A stretch of DNA of 63,984 nucleotides, counting the filler, from Basidioascus undulatus (Eukaryota), in assembly GCA_000826855.1 (NCBI GenBank). It is 3 parts of 3 records of this genome, joined end to end, with 100 filler letters (N's around TTAATTAATTAA, not from the genome) between each part and the next. Parts side by side here need not be neighbours in the genome. Positions count along the whole stretch, not along the records: positions 21,435 to 42,768 come from JTLS01000333.1; positions 42,869 to 63,984 come from JTLS01000341.1; 1 more part is not named here. One strand, written 5' to 3'. Position numbers and translations under genes: made by a program. Every line of letters starts with the position of its first letter. Positions within the stretch are counted from its first letter, which is position 1. Of this stretch, positions 33,801-45,589 are shown one piece after another. The notes under the pieces were generated by a model. It saw nothing but the letters and a program-made list of their open reading frames with translations, searched no databases and was not told the origin of the DNA.

Positions 33801-36494
33801 GCCGCGCTGGCGAAGAATACGGCTGTCATCACTAGTTCGTCTTCCTCCTCTCTTGCCCTCTCTCCCCATACGGCCACCGCGCTAATGCGCTATTCCCTCC
33901 CCGCAGCGTACCAAACCGTCGCCTCGGACTGGGCGTCCTCCTCGACTGCCTCGGGCAGCAGCGTGAAGAAAGCGCGCCCGAACCCGAAGGGCCTCTTCGG
34001 CATCAAGTGGAAGCGCATCGTGCTCGACGAGGGACACGTCATCCGGAACGCCAAGTCCAAGTTGTCCCAGGCGTGCGTCGCGCTCGACGCGGAGCGCCGG
34101 TGGGTGTGCACGGGCACGCCGATCATCAACTCGCCGAAGGTGGCTGCTGAGCGAGAGAGAGCGCGACGGGGGGAGGAAGAAGGACTGAATGAGGTGTTTG
34201 GGGTTGCGCACAGGACCTCGGCACGTTCCTCTCGTTCCTCCGCATCTGCCGCCCGCTCGACGACCCCGAGATGTTCAAGCGCGTGCTCATGCGCCCGCTC
34301 GGGGCAGGCGACGCTGGTGCGTCGCGTGTGCTTTCTCCCTGCCCGCCCTGTGCGCCCGCTGAAGATGGGATGACCTGCAGGCGGCGCCCGCGTCCTCAAG
34401 AGCCTGATGACGAGCGTGTGCATCCGGCGCACAAAGGAGATGAAGGCCCCGGACGGCGAGCCGATCGTCAAGCTCCCCTCGATCGACTTTTACTCGGCCA
34501 AGGTCATGCTCACGCCTGATGAGCGCGCTCGATATGACGAGTGCTTCTCTCATTATGTCCTGTGTTTGCTTTGTGCGGGTTTGACGTTGTCGGATGGGCG
34601 CCCGGACAGAGTCGCCGCCGAGTCAAAGCGCCGCTTCCTCGACCTCCAGCAGGGCAGCGAGTCCGCCACGACGACGTACTCGAACGTCCTCGCGCTTCTC
34701 ACGCGCCTGCGTCAGCTCGCGCTCCACCCAGATCTCGTCCCCAAGGGTGCGCCGCAAGCGCTTTCCCCCCTCTTCCCCCTTTCCCCTCCTCCTCAGATTT
34801 TCCTGACAAAGATTTGCTCATGTCGGCCAGACTACCTCGAGGAGCTGCGCGAGAACGCCAAGAAGCGCGGCGGGCCCGCGAAGCAGGTCGACGCGGTCGA
34901 CTCGGACGAGATACGCAAGCTCCAGACCCGGCTTAAGCAGGCCATGGACGACGCGGAGGAGTGCCCCGTGTGCATGGTTGAACCCATGGAGGACCCGGTG
35001 ATTCTTACTTGCAATCGTACGTGACGAACTTGGCTGGTTTCCCGTGGAGGAAGGATGGGCGCTGACAGCTTGCGGAGTAGATCCCTTCTGCCGGGCTTGC
35101 ATCCTTGTGAGTTTGTAGCTCTATCGGATTGCGTTTTGAGCTCACAATCGCTATGAATTGCAGACGGTCATCTACAAGCAGGTGCGGAAACAACCCCGTA
35201 ACGGTCTGCCAACCAGCGCAAACGCAATCGCCTGACTTCGATCTTCTTCCCGCAGGCCAAATGCCCCATGGACCGCGGCGCGATCTCGCAAACATCCATC
35301 ATCGAGCCCGCGCCGATCATTGAAGAGGCCGACGCCGACGCGGACGTACAGGAATCGGGCGAGGGTGACGCGCTGCGCGCACCACCCAAGTCGAGCGCCA
35401 AGATCGACGCGCTGCTCGAGATCCTCAAGGCCGTCCCGAAGGGCGACAAGGTGCTCGTGTTCAGCCAGGTGCGTTGCTCTCTATGTTTTTGAGGAGAAAG
35501 AGCAGAATGCTAACCCGGCGGCGGCGGCAGTTCACGTCCTTCCTTGCGAAGGTGAGCTTGTCGTTGTCTTCTCGACAGACTTAGCCCAAACGGACGCTGA
35601 CGCGCTGCGGGTAACTCAGATCGCACCGCACCTGGACGCCGCTGGCCTCTCGCACGTTACCTTCGATGGCTCCGTACCCGTCAAGCGGCGCGACGCCATC
35701 ATCAAGCGCTTCAACGAGCCGGTCCCTGTGGACGACGACGCGGCGATGGGCGGGCAGCCGACGAAGGGCCCGCCGCGCATCATGCTCATCTCGCTGAAGT
35801 GTGAGGGTTTTCTGATGCTCGGGCTTGTTGAATCGGCGTTAGAGCGCTGAACTAGAGGACGAACAGGCGGAGCGCTGGGGCTGAACTTGACGGCGGCGAA
35901 TCACGTCGTGATGGTCGATCCGTGGTGGCAGATGAGTATCCTTTCTTCGGGCCTGTCCTTACATCGCGATACTGACATTCGTCGCCGTGTTCACTCGAGC
36001 ATCGAGGCCCAGGCGAGTTGACTATCCTTTCGGATATGTAGAGGTATCTCGCGTGTACTGATGCGCTCCTTTGAGTTCCAGGCGATCGACAGGACCTACC
36101 GCATCGGGCAGCAGAAGTACGTCCATCTTGTGATCCATCAGCGGTTGAAATCTGCTGAGCGTGCCTTCTCCCTTTATTAGGTCTGTCAAGGTCTTCACCC
36201 TGACCACGGAGGACACTGTCGAGGCGAAGGTCCGCACATGGTCCACATCTCCCCCTTCTTTCTCGCAGGCGCTCACTCTCTCACCTACGTAGGTTCTCGA
36301 GATCCAGGCGCGCAAGAACGCGCTCATCCAGCAGGCACGAGTCAACTGCGACTACGGCTGCCCCTTGCGCGGCGACTCACGTGTTCGTCTCATAGGCATT
36401 CTCGGGCATCAAGAGTAGCAAGGAGGACAGGCGACAGGCGAAGGAGACACGCATTGCCGAGCTAAGGGAGCTGTTTGGCGTTGCGGGCAGGTAG
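30836..36494 (+). CDS. HLTF/Rad5-like SNF2 helicase-RING E3 ligase with N-terminal PARP-type zinc finger and HIRAN domain
   Basis: zf-PARP (FEYARSNRASCKG..C..KIPK..WRHWGC), HIRAN (VVGVQYYRGLV..LVREPRNAYDPNAIRVDN..QVGHVPR), GGLLSDGMGLGKT, RIVLDEGH, CTGTPIIN, RING (CPVC..CNHPFCRAC..CPMDR), KVLVFSQF and QAIDRTYRIGQ. Confidence 0.93.
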
Positions 36495-36879
36495 AGTGAG
36501 CCGTACCGTCAGGGCCGGGAGAGATTCAATGGCACTTTTCCGGGTTCTTGTTGCTACGCATGAATGGTGGCTGTACACGAAGCAAGGCCAGGTGCTCCAT
36601 TGGCAGAGGTCAGGCCCGAAGAGCTTGACAGCGGTCAACATTCAAATTTCGGTACTCTCAAGACATTGTATCACTAAATGGAAGCGCAGAATGAGCCACG
36701 AGAAGCGCGAGGGGGTTTCGGGCTGGAGGTTTCGAGCGCGAAGGGGCGTACAGCGAATCGGCGAGGGAAGCGAGAGGGACAGGAGAGGTATGTTCAAATT
36801 TTCCGGCAGCATCTGAGCACCACCAGGCCTGCTACCCATCTGCACGCGAAGTGGAAATAAGCGATGGAACCCTCCCTTC

Positions 36880-37581
36880 TACGTCGCCGGACGTACTAGA
36901 TCAGATCCATCTGGTGCGTGAACTCGAACGAGATCGCACTGTCCTCGATATAAGAGATCTGCATGTCGAGTAGCTTGGGGTACGTCTGGTCGCCTAAAGT
37001 TTCGACAGGCGAATTTCAGCATACGAAGTGCACTTGAAGACGGGTCGACAGTGCCATGTGAAATACAGTACATACCCTGGACTGGCCGCATCCAGGAGTT
37101 GTCGTCCAGCCTCGCCGACAGCCTGTGGTAAGCTCGAGCATTGTCGCGTGGGGACACAGTTCAGTCAGCCCGCTCGTCCCCACGTCTACGCCGCCGCTGA
37201 AAAAGAAAAACACACAACTTGCACAAGAACTGCAGGTTCCCGTTGTACCCGATGCCCGGGGCGAGCCTGCCATCGGCGCCGTACTAAGCAGGGTCAAGCT
37301 GTAAGCCCGCCGGGTTTACAGATAGACCTGGTTGGTTCAAGCACCAGTGCCAGACATTCAATCTCCTGAATGACGGCGGCACGAGTGCCGAACGGCGCCT
37401 CGCCCTTGGGAGGCTTGAGCGCAAGGCGCTTCTTGATGCCCTCCTCGTTGAGGGTGAGCTGGATGCTGAATCCCTCAAGCCTGTGAGACCTGGAAGAACA
37501 TAAAAATGCAGGATTGCCCACACGACATGCCCGTCGCCCGTGTCCATTGCCCCGGCCGAGCACATTCTGCAGCTGCGACAT
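36880..37581 (-). pseudogene. Unrecognised small multi-exon gene, copy C (decayed)
   Basis: QLTLNEEGIKKRL, PFGTRAAVIQEI, GIGYNGNLQF, ARLDDNSWM and GDQTYPKLLD, with intron positions matching copy A. Confidence 0.55.
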
Positions 37582-38369
37582 GGTGGGTAGAGATGGGTTA
37601 TAAGGCAGATGGATGTCGGACAAGCTCAAAGACAAGGCGATGAGAGAGAGTGGGAGTGGGTAAATAGAGACAGGGTGGCTTCACGGCGAGTCTTGAGACA
37701 CGCAAACGGTACTTAGAAGGGGGACGCAAACAGGCTGACATTGTTGCCCCCTTCTGCCAGCGGCCTCAAACCACTGCGCATTGCCACAGTCCGGAATACA
37801 GAGCTTCGTATAAAGCATGACCCTTTGAATTCATCTCACTACCCATAAGCGTTGCCAACACTCGCGGCATTGTTCTGCAGAGGTCTGGAGGGTTCACAAG
37901 TGGCAGGTAGGAACGTCCCGTGAAATCCCCAACACTGCGCAGCGTACAACAGAGGAGCGACTACCGCAAAGCTTTTTGTGAGCCGCATGTACTATATTCA
38001 GCCTACCGTTTTTCGGAAAGAATTGTATGATCAGACCCTCGTAGTGGCCACACAGTACATCCTCCGCAATCCCGCTGCATATATAGGTGGTCCAACAAGC
38101 CAGGCCAGGCATGCCGATCGTGGCTTACATTACCAGCGTGCTTTATGTGAGGAAATTCAAATCATTCGTGAATTGGGGGGTACATATGGCCAAATTGTAC
38201 AAGACAGCAACGACGAAACATTCGCGCACATCGCGCACAGCATTCCGCTTCCCTTCCTGTCCACAAATCACGACCTTCCTCCCTGGCCCGCCCTCAAGCT
38301 CACCCGCCTCTCCACTAGTAACCAGTACTTCCTCCCTCGAAGTTTGAATGTCATCTCCCTGCGTCAACA

Positions 38370-39227
38370 ATGACCGTTCCATCATTGCCCCTCGAGCTTC
38401 TGCACCGCATCGTCAAGCTCGCCGCCCGAGCCTTCTCATCAGCTCGCCTACACTCGCGACTGGACAACACTCGCTTCACTTTGTCTGGTTTCGCGTTCGA
38501 TCCTTCCTATTGCACGCAAAGAGCTCTACCTGTCTGTGGTCATCTCTAGTGAGCGCCAGCTTGACGCGTTATCGGGGACGCTGGAGCGTAACGCCACGCT
38601 TGCGTTGAACGTTCGCTCGCTGGCGGTTATGCACTTCGACGAGATTCTCGAGAAACGCATCATCCGCCGGCTTGTCACCGTTCCTAAGGCTGTGCAGGGG
38701 TCGCTGAGGCGCCTGGCACTGACACACGACTTGAGCGACTACGACCTTGAGATTCTCCGAGGCGAAATTGCACGTGTTCGGCAGAGAATTCTGAGATGAG
38801 GCTTTTGGAGGAGTTCGTCTCTCCTGGCACGACCGGCATGGTGCTCGATGCCCGCAACAGTGCTCATGTGCAGCGTCTTGCTACGTTCTGGCCTATCGAC
38901 TTCGCAGTCGAGGAATTCACGAGTATCAATAAAAAGTCCTCCGTTCGTTTGCCACTGCATTCGACTTTGCTAGCCTTTGCGACCCTCGTGGCATCAGACG
39001 CTCATCCCATCTTCAACCACGACCTCGATGGCGGCCCTTTGGATCAGTTCACTGGGTTGCTCAAGACCGCTTCCTCTCTGAGGGAGTGCAGTTTCCTGCG
39101 CGACAGACGCTACTATCGTGGCATCACGCTCAGTGAAGCCCATGGGCGAACTTCAGGCTGGTGGTCGCCGAACTGCACCGCCCAAGTCCTCACTGTGCGT
39201 AGTCAGACACCTTCGAGAGGTATATGA
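38370..39227 (+). pseudogene. F-box-like gene remnant
   Basis: MTVPSLPLELLHRIVKLA start; LCLVSRSILPIARKELY..VRSLAV..SLRRLAL lies in a shifted frame; further frameshift near 38790. Confidence 0.6.
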
Positions 39228-39654
39228 TGCAGCTGGCCATTGATCGGACACTCTGGGAGCAGCGTGGCGAAAAAATGTGAATATTGGGTGACGGAGGCTT
39301 CCATCAATTGTTTTTTTTGTATAAAGATCGTTTCAATTCCTGAAGATTTACTGTAGCTGCCGTTGCCTTACGAACTCAGCAAGCTTGTAGAGACCAAGAT
39401 CCAGAACGCCCTGTGCAGCAGGCTCAAGGGAGGCTTCCGCCGCCCTTCCCAAGTGCGAACATCGGAAACGGCCTACTGTACAGGCTTGTTCTTCCGTGGC
39501 CGTGATGTGAATGAAAGTAATACCTTTGAATGTGAAAGAGTCCGACTTCAGTCAAGCTTGAGAGAGTCGCAGATGTCTAGCATACGGATACTACGCAGAA
39601 GAAGTGCATGTGCAAAGGGAAAGCGGCCAGAGTAAGACACAATGCGCAATGAAG

Positions 39655-41128
39655 TTAAACGCAGTATGTCTTGAAAGTGATTTTCTGGCTAGGTTGCGCA
39701 ATGCTACCAAGTGAAAAAGGCGGAAGACCAATGGGCTTGTTGATGTCATGAAGCTCTTTCGAGTACCACAAGATGCCTCGAGCCTTCACGTCTGTATCGG
39801 CCTCAAGAAAGAACCTAGAAATAAACACAGCGAGACTCAAGTGAAGACTGAGCTGATGACGAGCCGTGTTTGTTTTGGCACTTGTTGAAAAGCCGAAGTC
39901 AGCGTCTCCGCAGTCATAGTCCTCTAAGCAGGCCGACCGAGCACAACGCACCGCTTTTGATTTCCCCGACTGTTACTTCGAACGCCTTGTCCACCCACTT
40001 CCCGATCCACTTCCCCAGGCGCTGTACGTTCACTTCAAGTCCGCCTTCGTCAAGCTCGGCCTTGACATCGATACGCTGACGGACGGCGGCGGCAACGATC
40101 GTGATGAATAGGTCGTTGCGGGGTTTCCGGACCTCGGCATCGAAGCGCGTCCTGTAGGAAGCTGTTCATCAGCTCTGGGCAGCCCTGTGAGGCTTCAGAT
40201 GTGTTGTACGTCTCCACATACCTGTCGGAACCGAGCAGTTTCTTCAGACCCCTTCCGAACACCGACGGTGACTTGAAGGCTTCCAGCGTGGGTTACCAGC
40301 CTCAAAATGATCGAGCGCGGTATTGAGGAGTTCCTTAGAGTAACAAGCTTAAGTCACATTGTGCTGTTCCATGGCCAAATAGACCTGTTGAGGACGCATA
40401 CCGGATCCGACCACAGACAGTCTGTCACCTCACGGCGCACCTTCTCAAGCACTTCCTCCCGCGAGTGGCCGTACGAGCCTGCCTTGAAAAGGCTATAAAC
40501 CGGGAAGAAAATTAGAGCAAGTCAGACATAGGCAATGTGAAGGGTAATTAGTTCGAACCAATTCCTCCCACTGCAAGCCGAGCCTCTTCTGATTGAGCTC
40601 GATGCGATAGCCCAACTCTTTAGCCACGATCTCCTTCGCCAGAGCATCTAGAATGCCGGTGCCGAGTAAGAAGTCGGTAAACGTGAGACGAGCTCGCTCA
40701 CGACTGTGAGACGTGAGGTGTAAGAAGTCTGATAAGGGCGTGACATAAGGGCTTTCCAAAAATAGTGTTGACGTGGTGGGAGCGGGCGAAATATGGCGCG
40801 ATAGATTCCACAGATAGCAGGTCGAACACAGTGGTTGATGACAAAGAGCAATATGTAGAGTGTGCTTAGCAGCAGGGTGGGCGGTGCCAACATGGCCTCA
40901 AGTATGCTAATGACGACCTCGGGTTGGAAGAAGCCAAAAATCCGCCATCCCTCCCAGGAGGTTTCCCAGTAGTCGCCCTCTCGTTGGAAGTGATCGTGGA
41001 CATAGTGAAGCCCGCGCCCCACGGCTAGAGTGAGATGGAGGCAAATGATCAACCATTTGTAATAGAAGAATATGATCCAGTTGAAGACCGGGATGGCTAA
41101 CGCCGAGATGCCATCAAGGGCGGTCATG
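39655..41128 (-). pseudogene. Decayed gene for an unknown protein with N-terminal hydrophobic segments
   Basis: Consecutive protein-like ORFs (40648-41169, 40493-40759, 40050-40262, 39655-39951) linked by frameshifts and possible introns. Confidence 0.35.
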
Positions 41129-42712
41129 ACGGAGCCGGCGATGTGCGAAAATGAAGAAAGGGTTGACAAAGTGTTGACTGGAAGAAGGCGCCGGCTTGAA
41201 CGATACTACGCTGTGCTGATCTATCGATAGTATGAGATTCGACAGGTCGATAGTGAAGCCAATGGAAGGAGAGGACAACAGGACAACTTGTCACCACGTC
41301 AAGATAGTTTGATGGAATATTGAAAAATCTTACTTTAGAGGAATAGATGTCACAGTGAGGTTGGCTGAGGCGTCCCATCAGATCAGATGAGCTGGCATGG
41401 GATCACGCGCAGTACGCCAACATCCCCAAAAACAGCTCGTTTGCGCCCTTAATTCCAGTCGATCATGAAAGATATTGAAACTCTGGTTATACTATCTTCA
41501 ACTTCTTGACTTTACATCCTGGGGAGTGATGAGCTGTACTGGCCACGGCTTTTTTTTTTCTCGAGCGACGACGCCGCTTGGGCCAGTGCATTAAGGCTGA
41601 CAGAGCGCAGCACGCGGCGTATGGAGCGGTCGGCTGGACGCAAAGGTCGGGGTTTTGATAGAAACCCAAAAAAGGGTACAAGAAGTTGCATTGTTGGCAA
41701 CATTGCTGGAAAGCCAACAGGCAATGCTCCACCGAACTTGAAGCAAGAAGGCAACTCTGCACCAGGCCTGATTTCCAATGTAGTACTCTTTGTGCGCATA
41801 CAAAACTGTACAGCTGGTGCGAGGGAGTGAGGGCGGCGGACATTTCACGACCTCCCGGCTCATCGCGTGCTTTTGACCAGTCCGTTTCGATCTTTCATTC
41901 TCTCAGAATGACAAACCAACTACATTCCATGACATCCAAGTCGCTTGAAGCACTCACGTTCTCTACACGACCTTGTCCCACGCCCACGCGTTCGCTCCTG
42001 CCCTTCCTGCAGCTGGCTCTTACCCAAATGCAGACACGCACTCCTGGGCATTCCGAGCTCGGATATGCTACTAACCCTTCCACCAAGCTGCCCTTGCCCA
42101 AGCACTACGGCCCCGAAAGCGCGTACCCAGCTGGCCCTTGGTGTTTGCTCACGTTTGTTCACCGAAACAATGTACAATGTGGCGGACTGGACCCGTGATA
42201 ATACGCCTCATGCGAAAAAAAGAGGAGAAACTTCCTATATCTCCCCAGAAGCTCTGAAGAAGATACCGAGAGCTCGTGCGCACTGACTGACCGATTAGAA
42301 ACGGCGAGCCTCCTTCGGGCGAGACCTACGGACGTCGCACATCCGCTCTGTGTACCCAAGCAGATATCCCGAACTTCCTAAGCTTAAGTGTGCCGTAGCG
42401 GAACAGGCGGTTGATGGCCGGTTCTGAAAGCCCTCACATATGGGATGCCGGGGTGCGTTCCAGTAGCGCCCAGCGTTCAGCCATATGGCATATTCGCTAG
42501 TCGCGTATGCCGCGTGAGGGGTTCCAGAGAAGACGCATGTTCATGTTCCATACTCTGAATTGTTGAGCCAGTCGCAGCGGTTCCACTATTCCGCCGAGCT
42601 GGAGTTGCACCTACTGACCGCCTACACGGACACCTGAAATCCATTCCACAATGCATCACCAAACGAGTCAACCAAACCCCCACAATGCATCTCCCCCCTC
42701 CCCCCCTCGCTC

Positions 42713-43411
42713 AAGCCCGCACCGCAACCCCTTCCATGACCGCTCCCCCTTCCCCAAACAGCCTCCCCNNNNNNNNNNNNNNNNNNNNNNNNNNNNNNNN
42801 NNNNNNNNNNNNTTAATTAATTAANNNNNNNNNNNNNNNNNNNNNNNNNNNNNNNNNNNNNNNNNNNNGGTGAACGCCAGTCCTGTGCGTGGGGGCGTTC
42901 AGCTTAACAAGTGGAAAGGAGAGCGGACAAAGCGCAGCGCACCATGTATCTCAACCCCCTCCCACTCCAGCACGCCCCTCCAGACAAGCCTCACCCCTCC
43001 CACTCTCCCGGCTGTCCCAGGCGTTCGCGCGGCTGTGGTCGCGGCGGCGGCGGCGGTGAGCGGCGCGCGCTTTGAGGCGACGGCGAAGGGGTTGGGGGGC
43101 AGCTTGGAGGGGGACTGCTGAGACGCTTGGGCGGCGGACTTAGGACGCAGGAGGGATAGGGGAGATTGGAGCGCGGGAGGAGGAAGAGGAAGAGGAGGAG
43201 CGGCGGGGGGGAGGGAGGTCGAGGTGCTAGGTGTTGGGTTGGCGGGAGAGACGGTGGATGTGGATGTGGATGGTTCTGAGGCGACTATGGAGGATGATAT
43301 AGCCGTGGTCGTTGCCAACGTCGTTGTCGTCGTTGAGTTGAACATGTAGGACGCCGCGCATTGCGCCGTATGAACCGGGGGCGGGGGCGGCGGGGGCGCG
43401 AGGGAGGACAT
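42713..43411 (-). CDS. Unknown gene with Pro/Ser/Thr-rich N-terminus, interrupted by the assembly gap
   Basis: MSSLAPPPPPPP..TPGTAGR exon, an intron, then an exon running into the gap. A possible C-terminus (GRLFGEGGAVMEGVAVRA-stop) lies on the other side of the gap; linkage is unproven. Confidence 0.4.
42769..42868. other. Artificial assembly gap linker
   Basis: Same 100-nt N/TTAATTAATTAA spacer as 21335-21434. Confidence 0.97.
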
Positions 43412-44588
43412 GGAAAGACCGCTCGCTGGGGATGGTCTGCCTTCTCCTCCGAGCGTGAGCCACATCCTTATTATAAATGGAAAGAGACTCACCAACTCTG
43501 GATTATCTGTAGTTGCTGTAGGACATTTGCTGAGATGGATCCGTACGGGCTCAGATGGGTGGGATGGCGGCGCGAGGAAGACGCGTCGCTGGAGCTTTGG
43601 ACGCGTCGCGCGCGTGGGAAAACCGCCTGCTGTCCGCTGCCCTCCGAGTGTCGAACAAAACGTCGTGCCTGAAATACTTCCTCAACGTCAATTCCGCCTT
43701 CCGTACATCCCACGGCTGAATTACAGCAGGTACTTCGCTCAGAGCCCTGCCAGCTCGCCTACAGGCCTTCAGGCCTTCACGGACAGACTCAGCACGGCTG
43801 CCATTCGAGTCGAACTTCCAGCCAACGTCCACTTCTCGTCGATTCTGAACTGTGGGTATCCGTTATTTCCGAACGCCTTTGACGGGGTGGGACGATGGCT
43901 GCTTCACCGTGTTGCTGTTAAGATTAAGAGGACAGCAAACGGCACTGTGGGACGCGGTGCACGTGCAAGTTTTCCAGTGTTTCTTGCTGATTTTTTAGTG
44001 TTCCGCTGACTGTCTGCTCATGGGTCACGTAGAAGGACTTTTGAGAGAGTAAACCCCCGCATGTCCTACCGCTGGTGCGTTTCCTGCTCCTTGGCATAAC
44101 GACACTCGCCACCGACGGAAAGTCTACCTTCCAGGTGGACAAGGACTATTCTTGTATCATCAAGTACATGTGCAGAAGTCTGGACCTCGACACTTGCCAC
44201 TAAGTGCAATAGGCTTCCTATCGCAAGTCGATGCCGCACCTTCTGTTTCCACTAGTGCCACTCCTTCACCGGCTGCCCTGTGGCAGAACAAATCAAAATT
44301 GATAGTTCTGTAGGCTAGTGCTGACACTGACTCTGAGATAAGGAATTATTAATCTTGCTGGCCCGGTACTTCGAGCAGCTGCATGGGCAGCGCAACGGCG
44401 AACGTGACAAGTGGTCGCGTGGAGTCTGCGGAGACAGGGGCGATGGCATGGTTCTCGAATATAGTGAATATTAATCATAGATGAGAAAGGGACAGCTTGT
44501 TTGGGGAACCTCCTCCGGGGAACACGGAGATCGGTGAAATGCAGTCACGACAGTGCGTGCACTGCATTCACGCGGCTTTGCAAGTTTC

Positions 44589-45096
44589 TCAGAAAAACTT
44601 GAGCACATTTTTCCAATGAAGCTGCCAATTAAAACTGGACGGATCAGTTTTCAGAAGCCCATATTCAATTCCAAGCGTTCGAGAGATTCCAAGAAGCTCT
44701 GCATTGACACCCGTAGCGACACATCGACCCACGCTGCAGCGCAGCGACACAGGCGGAGCGGCGAACCCCTCTTGAATGAGTTTGGAAGTGAGATGGATCG
44801 AGCAGTCGAGGAGTTGAAGATTAGGAACAATTTGCAGAAGGTCTATGGCGTGCTGGGCATCTGTGCACTTAGGGCCCAGAGTCTGCTTCGAGCCCGTTCG
44901 CATCATCCAAGCGCTCAGACACTGTGCGCAGGAATAGAGACAGGTAGTCTTCATCACCCACTCTTCCGTAAAGGAACTGCTCGACGAGGACGTGCACTCG
45001 GCGCGAAACGAGGGAGAGGTGAACAAGATCCTCCGGCGTGGATTGGGACAGAATCTTTGTTAGAACGTCTTCAGGGACGCGATCGAAACAGCTCAT
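44589..45096 (-). pseudogene. F-box/LRR-like gene remnant
   Basis: F-box MSCFDRVPEDVLTKILSQSTPEDLVHLSLVSRRVHVLVEQFLY, stop at 44869; the continuation DLLQIVPNLQLLD is in another frame. Confidence 0.7.
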
Positions 45097-45589
45097 AGCT
45101 GCTGATTTGTGGGTAGATTGTATCAGAAAAGCTCGAGAGCGTAGGAGCGAGGACACAAGATAAGACAAGACGAGGACGTGCTACTGCACCACTCAAGAAT
45201 ACAGGCCCGCCTTAACACCAACACGCGTCCCAGCGATCACATATCCCCCTCCGCGCCGCCTAGCTGTCTGCTATAGGATGTACCCCTCTTGGCATGGGGG
45301 ACAGCTCAAAGAAAAACAAGCTGGTCCTCCCCTTTCTACTTTGCTTGCGCTTCCACCCTGAGGCTCTTGCACTGCGTATCCCCCCTTAGGCATGTGATAA
45401 AAGAGCCCCCAAAAACCCCATAGGGAAAAAATAGGCCCCGTCTGCGGTTGTTTCCTCCGAAAAGACAACACTCTCACCTGCCATAGGGTGCAGCTCAGAG
45501 CCCTTAGGTGGTGGTTGTCTTGGTTCTCGGCAAAGCATTTCAGTGAGTAGCGCCTCTGGCTTTGAAAGTTACACAACTTGCTGAAATTG

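Noticed and set aside
35936..35999. U12-type GT-AG intron starting at GTATCCTTT
   Set aside because: Pairing it with the nearest AG (35998-35999) shifts the frame; the AT-AC boundaries restore the motif exactly.
22188..36494. MSH2 and HLTF-like gene as a DNA-repair cluster
   Set aside because: Only two genes, separated by about 4.3 kb of decayed sequence; chance adjacency is sufficient.
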